Positions 30,552-32,000 of a DNA stretch of 32,000 bases are shown here, piece after piece. The stretch comes from Mycobacterium tuberculosis H37Rv. Lineage in GTDB: Bacteria > Actinomycetota > Actinomycetes > Mycobacteriales > Mycobacteriaceae. The position numbers and the translations under genes are program-made. A model generated the notes under the pieces. That model was not told the origin of the DNA. It did no database searches and saw only the letters and a program-made list of their open reading frames with translations. Where the stretch lies: contig NC_000962.3 in the NCBI RefSeq assembly GCF_000195955.2, positions 3,210,001 through 3,242,000 on the forward strand, read 5' to 3'. Each line of letters opens with the position of its first letter. The stretch's first letter is position 1.

Positions 30552-31171
30552 CGCTCACCTCGTAATGTGTCGGACTCCGGCCCGAGCATTTCGACCAACT
30601 TCGCCCACCGCGGGTCGATCTGTTCATGGCGATGACCTGGCTCGCTGGCCAGCGGGACACCGCACTGCGGGCAAAGACCCGGGCAGTCCGGCCGGCACAC
30701 CGGCGAAAACGGCAATTCCAGACCGACCGCATCGATGATCGGCTGCTCGAGATCGATGGTTTCGTCGACGACGCGTCCGACCTCGTCTTCCTCGGTGGTC
30801 TCGTCGGTGGCGCTATCCGGATAGGCAAACAGTTCGGTCAGGGCTACCTGAACGCGACCCCGCACCGGGCTGAGGCAACGAGCACACTCGCCGACGGTCG
30901 GGGCGGCCACGGTCCCGGTCACCAACACGCCTTCGGACACCGACTCGACCCGCAGATCCAGGTCCAGAAGGGCGCCCTGGTCAATCGCGATCAGCTCCAG
31001 CCCGATGCGTGCGGGGCTGTGCACGGTGTCATGCAGCTCGAACATCGCTCCCGGTCGTCGCCCCAACCGTGCGATGTCGACCGTCATCGGCGACGCCACA
31101 TGTCGCTGCGCAGTGGGACCGTGCTGCCTGGCCATAAGAGAAATCCTACGGCGCACGCCACCCAGATCCAC
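30548..31171 (-). CDS. DUF177/YceD family protein (Rv2926c)
   Basis: 207 aa from GTG 31171 (alternative ATG 31135, 195 aa). [17 protein letters not shown] and [13 protein letters not shown] motifs. 4-nt overlap with rnc. Confidence 0.87.
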   Translation of the reverse strand: MDLGGVRRRISLMARQHGPTAQRHVASPMTVDIARLGRRPGAMFELHDTVHSPARIGLELIAIDQGALLDLDLRVESVSEGVLVTGTVAAPTVGECARCLSPVRGRVQVALTELFAYPDSATDETTEEDEVGRVVDETIDLEQPIIDAVGLELPFSPVCRPDCPGLCPQCGVPLASEPGHRHEQIDPRWAKLVEMLGPESDTLRGER

Positions 31172-31221
31172 GCCGCGTTGGGCGTTGGCCGGCGCTTGAT
31201 CCTTGCGCCGGGTGAATGGTG

Positions 31222-31959
31222 TTAGCGCACCGCGTAGTCGTGAGTGCCGGCCGCTGTGCGGAGCTGGTGGCGACCGCGGCCAACGGACCGCAGGGTGCCG
31301 TTGAGGAATTCCTCGAATTCGGCGAGCTTGTTGTCGACGTAGATATCGCATTCTCCGCGTAGCCGGTCCGCCTCGGCGTGCGCCGTGTCGACGAGGCGGG
31401 TCGATTCCGCGTTGGCCGCCGCAACCACCTCGTTCTGCGATACCAGGCGCTGCTGCTCTTTGATGCCCTCCTGCACGGCTTTCTCGTAGGAGATGTTGCC
31501 GTTTTCGATCAGCCGGTCGCATTCGGCCTGGGCGCGACTGACGCTGGCCTCGTATTCGCGTTTCGCGGCGGTGGCGATGCGAATCGCCTCCTCGCGTGCA
31601 TCGGCGACCATTCGCTCGCTGTGCTGGCGTGCCTCGCTGACCATCCGATCAGCCTGCGCCTTCGCGTCAGACAGGATCCGGTCAGCCTCGGTGCGGGCGT
31701 GGTTGAGTATCGACTCCGCCTCAGTGGTCGCCGAGGACACCATAGAGTCAGCGTGCGTCTTAGCGTCCTGCAACATCGAATCACGTGCGTCGAGGACGTC
31801 CTGCGCGTCATCCAGCTCACCGGGGATCGCATCCTTGATGTCGTCGATCAACTCCAGCACATCCCCACGCGGGACGACGCAACCTGCCGTCATCGGCACG
31901 CCTCGGGCTTCTTCGACTATGGCGCTCAATTCGTCCAGCGCTTCAAAGACTCGGTACAC
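31222..31959 (-). CDS. sepIVA: DivIVA-like coiled-coil septation protein (Rv2927c)
   Basis: Probable GTG start at 31959 (245 aa) with an upstream AGGAGG. Long heptad-rich Ala/Glu/Arg coiled coil. Confidence 0.8.
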   Translation of the reverse strand: MYRVFEALDELSAIVEEARGVPMTAGCVVPRGDVLELIDDIKDAIPGELDDAQDVLDARDSMLQDAKTHADSMVSSATTEAESILNHARTEADRILSDAKAQADRMVSEARQHSERMVADAREEAIRIATAAKREYEASVSRAQAECDRLIENGNISYEKAVQEGIKEQQRLVSQNEVVAAANAESTRLVDTAHAEADRLRGECDIYVDNKLAEFEEFLNGTLRSVGRGRHQLRTAAGTHDYAVR

Positions 31960-32000
31960 GGCCACACCCTCCTGGCATCTTGCAAGATCCCTGTTGTTAC

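Overview
Gene-dense, high-GC chromosomal segment that I recognise from its protein content and gene order as the Mycobacterium tuberculosis complex region Rv2900c (fdhF, cut at the left edge) to Rv2927c. Almost all genes lie on the minus strand. The exceptions are lppW, dacB2 and the SF2 helicase Rv2917. The window holds translation and SRP genes (rnhB, lepB, rplS, trmD, rimM, KH protein, rpsP, ffh, ftsY, rnc), nitrogen sensing (glnD-glnB-amt), smc, pknI flanked by two amidohydrolases, fpg, acyP and a DivIVA-like septation protein. I see no tRNA, rRNA, CRISPR, IS element, prophage or defence island, and no evidence for a new multi-gene system. The non-coding DNA is the most interesting part. 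Two tandem-repeat arrays (22653-22866 and 29471-29824) match the known typing loci QUB-3232 and ETR-F. Their units are diverged copies of one foldable element, with two compensated base-pair changes in the outer stem. The second array fills the whole rnc-fpg gap and places a hairpin 3 nt upstream of the fpg start codon. There is also a perfect 19-bp inverted repeat overlapping the annotated 5' end of Rv2917, a 22-bp imperfect hairpin between fpg and Rv2923c, and two related GCAGACG...CGTCTGC inverted repeats at both convergent gene ends (lppW/trmD and dacB2/Rv2912c). Gene names come from recall of families and gene order, not from a database search.
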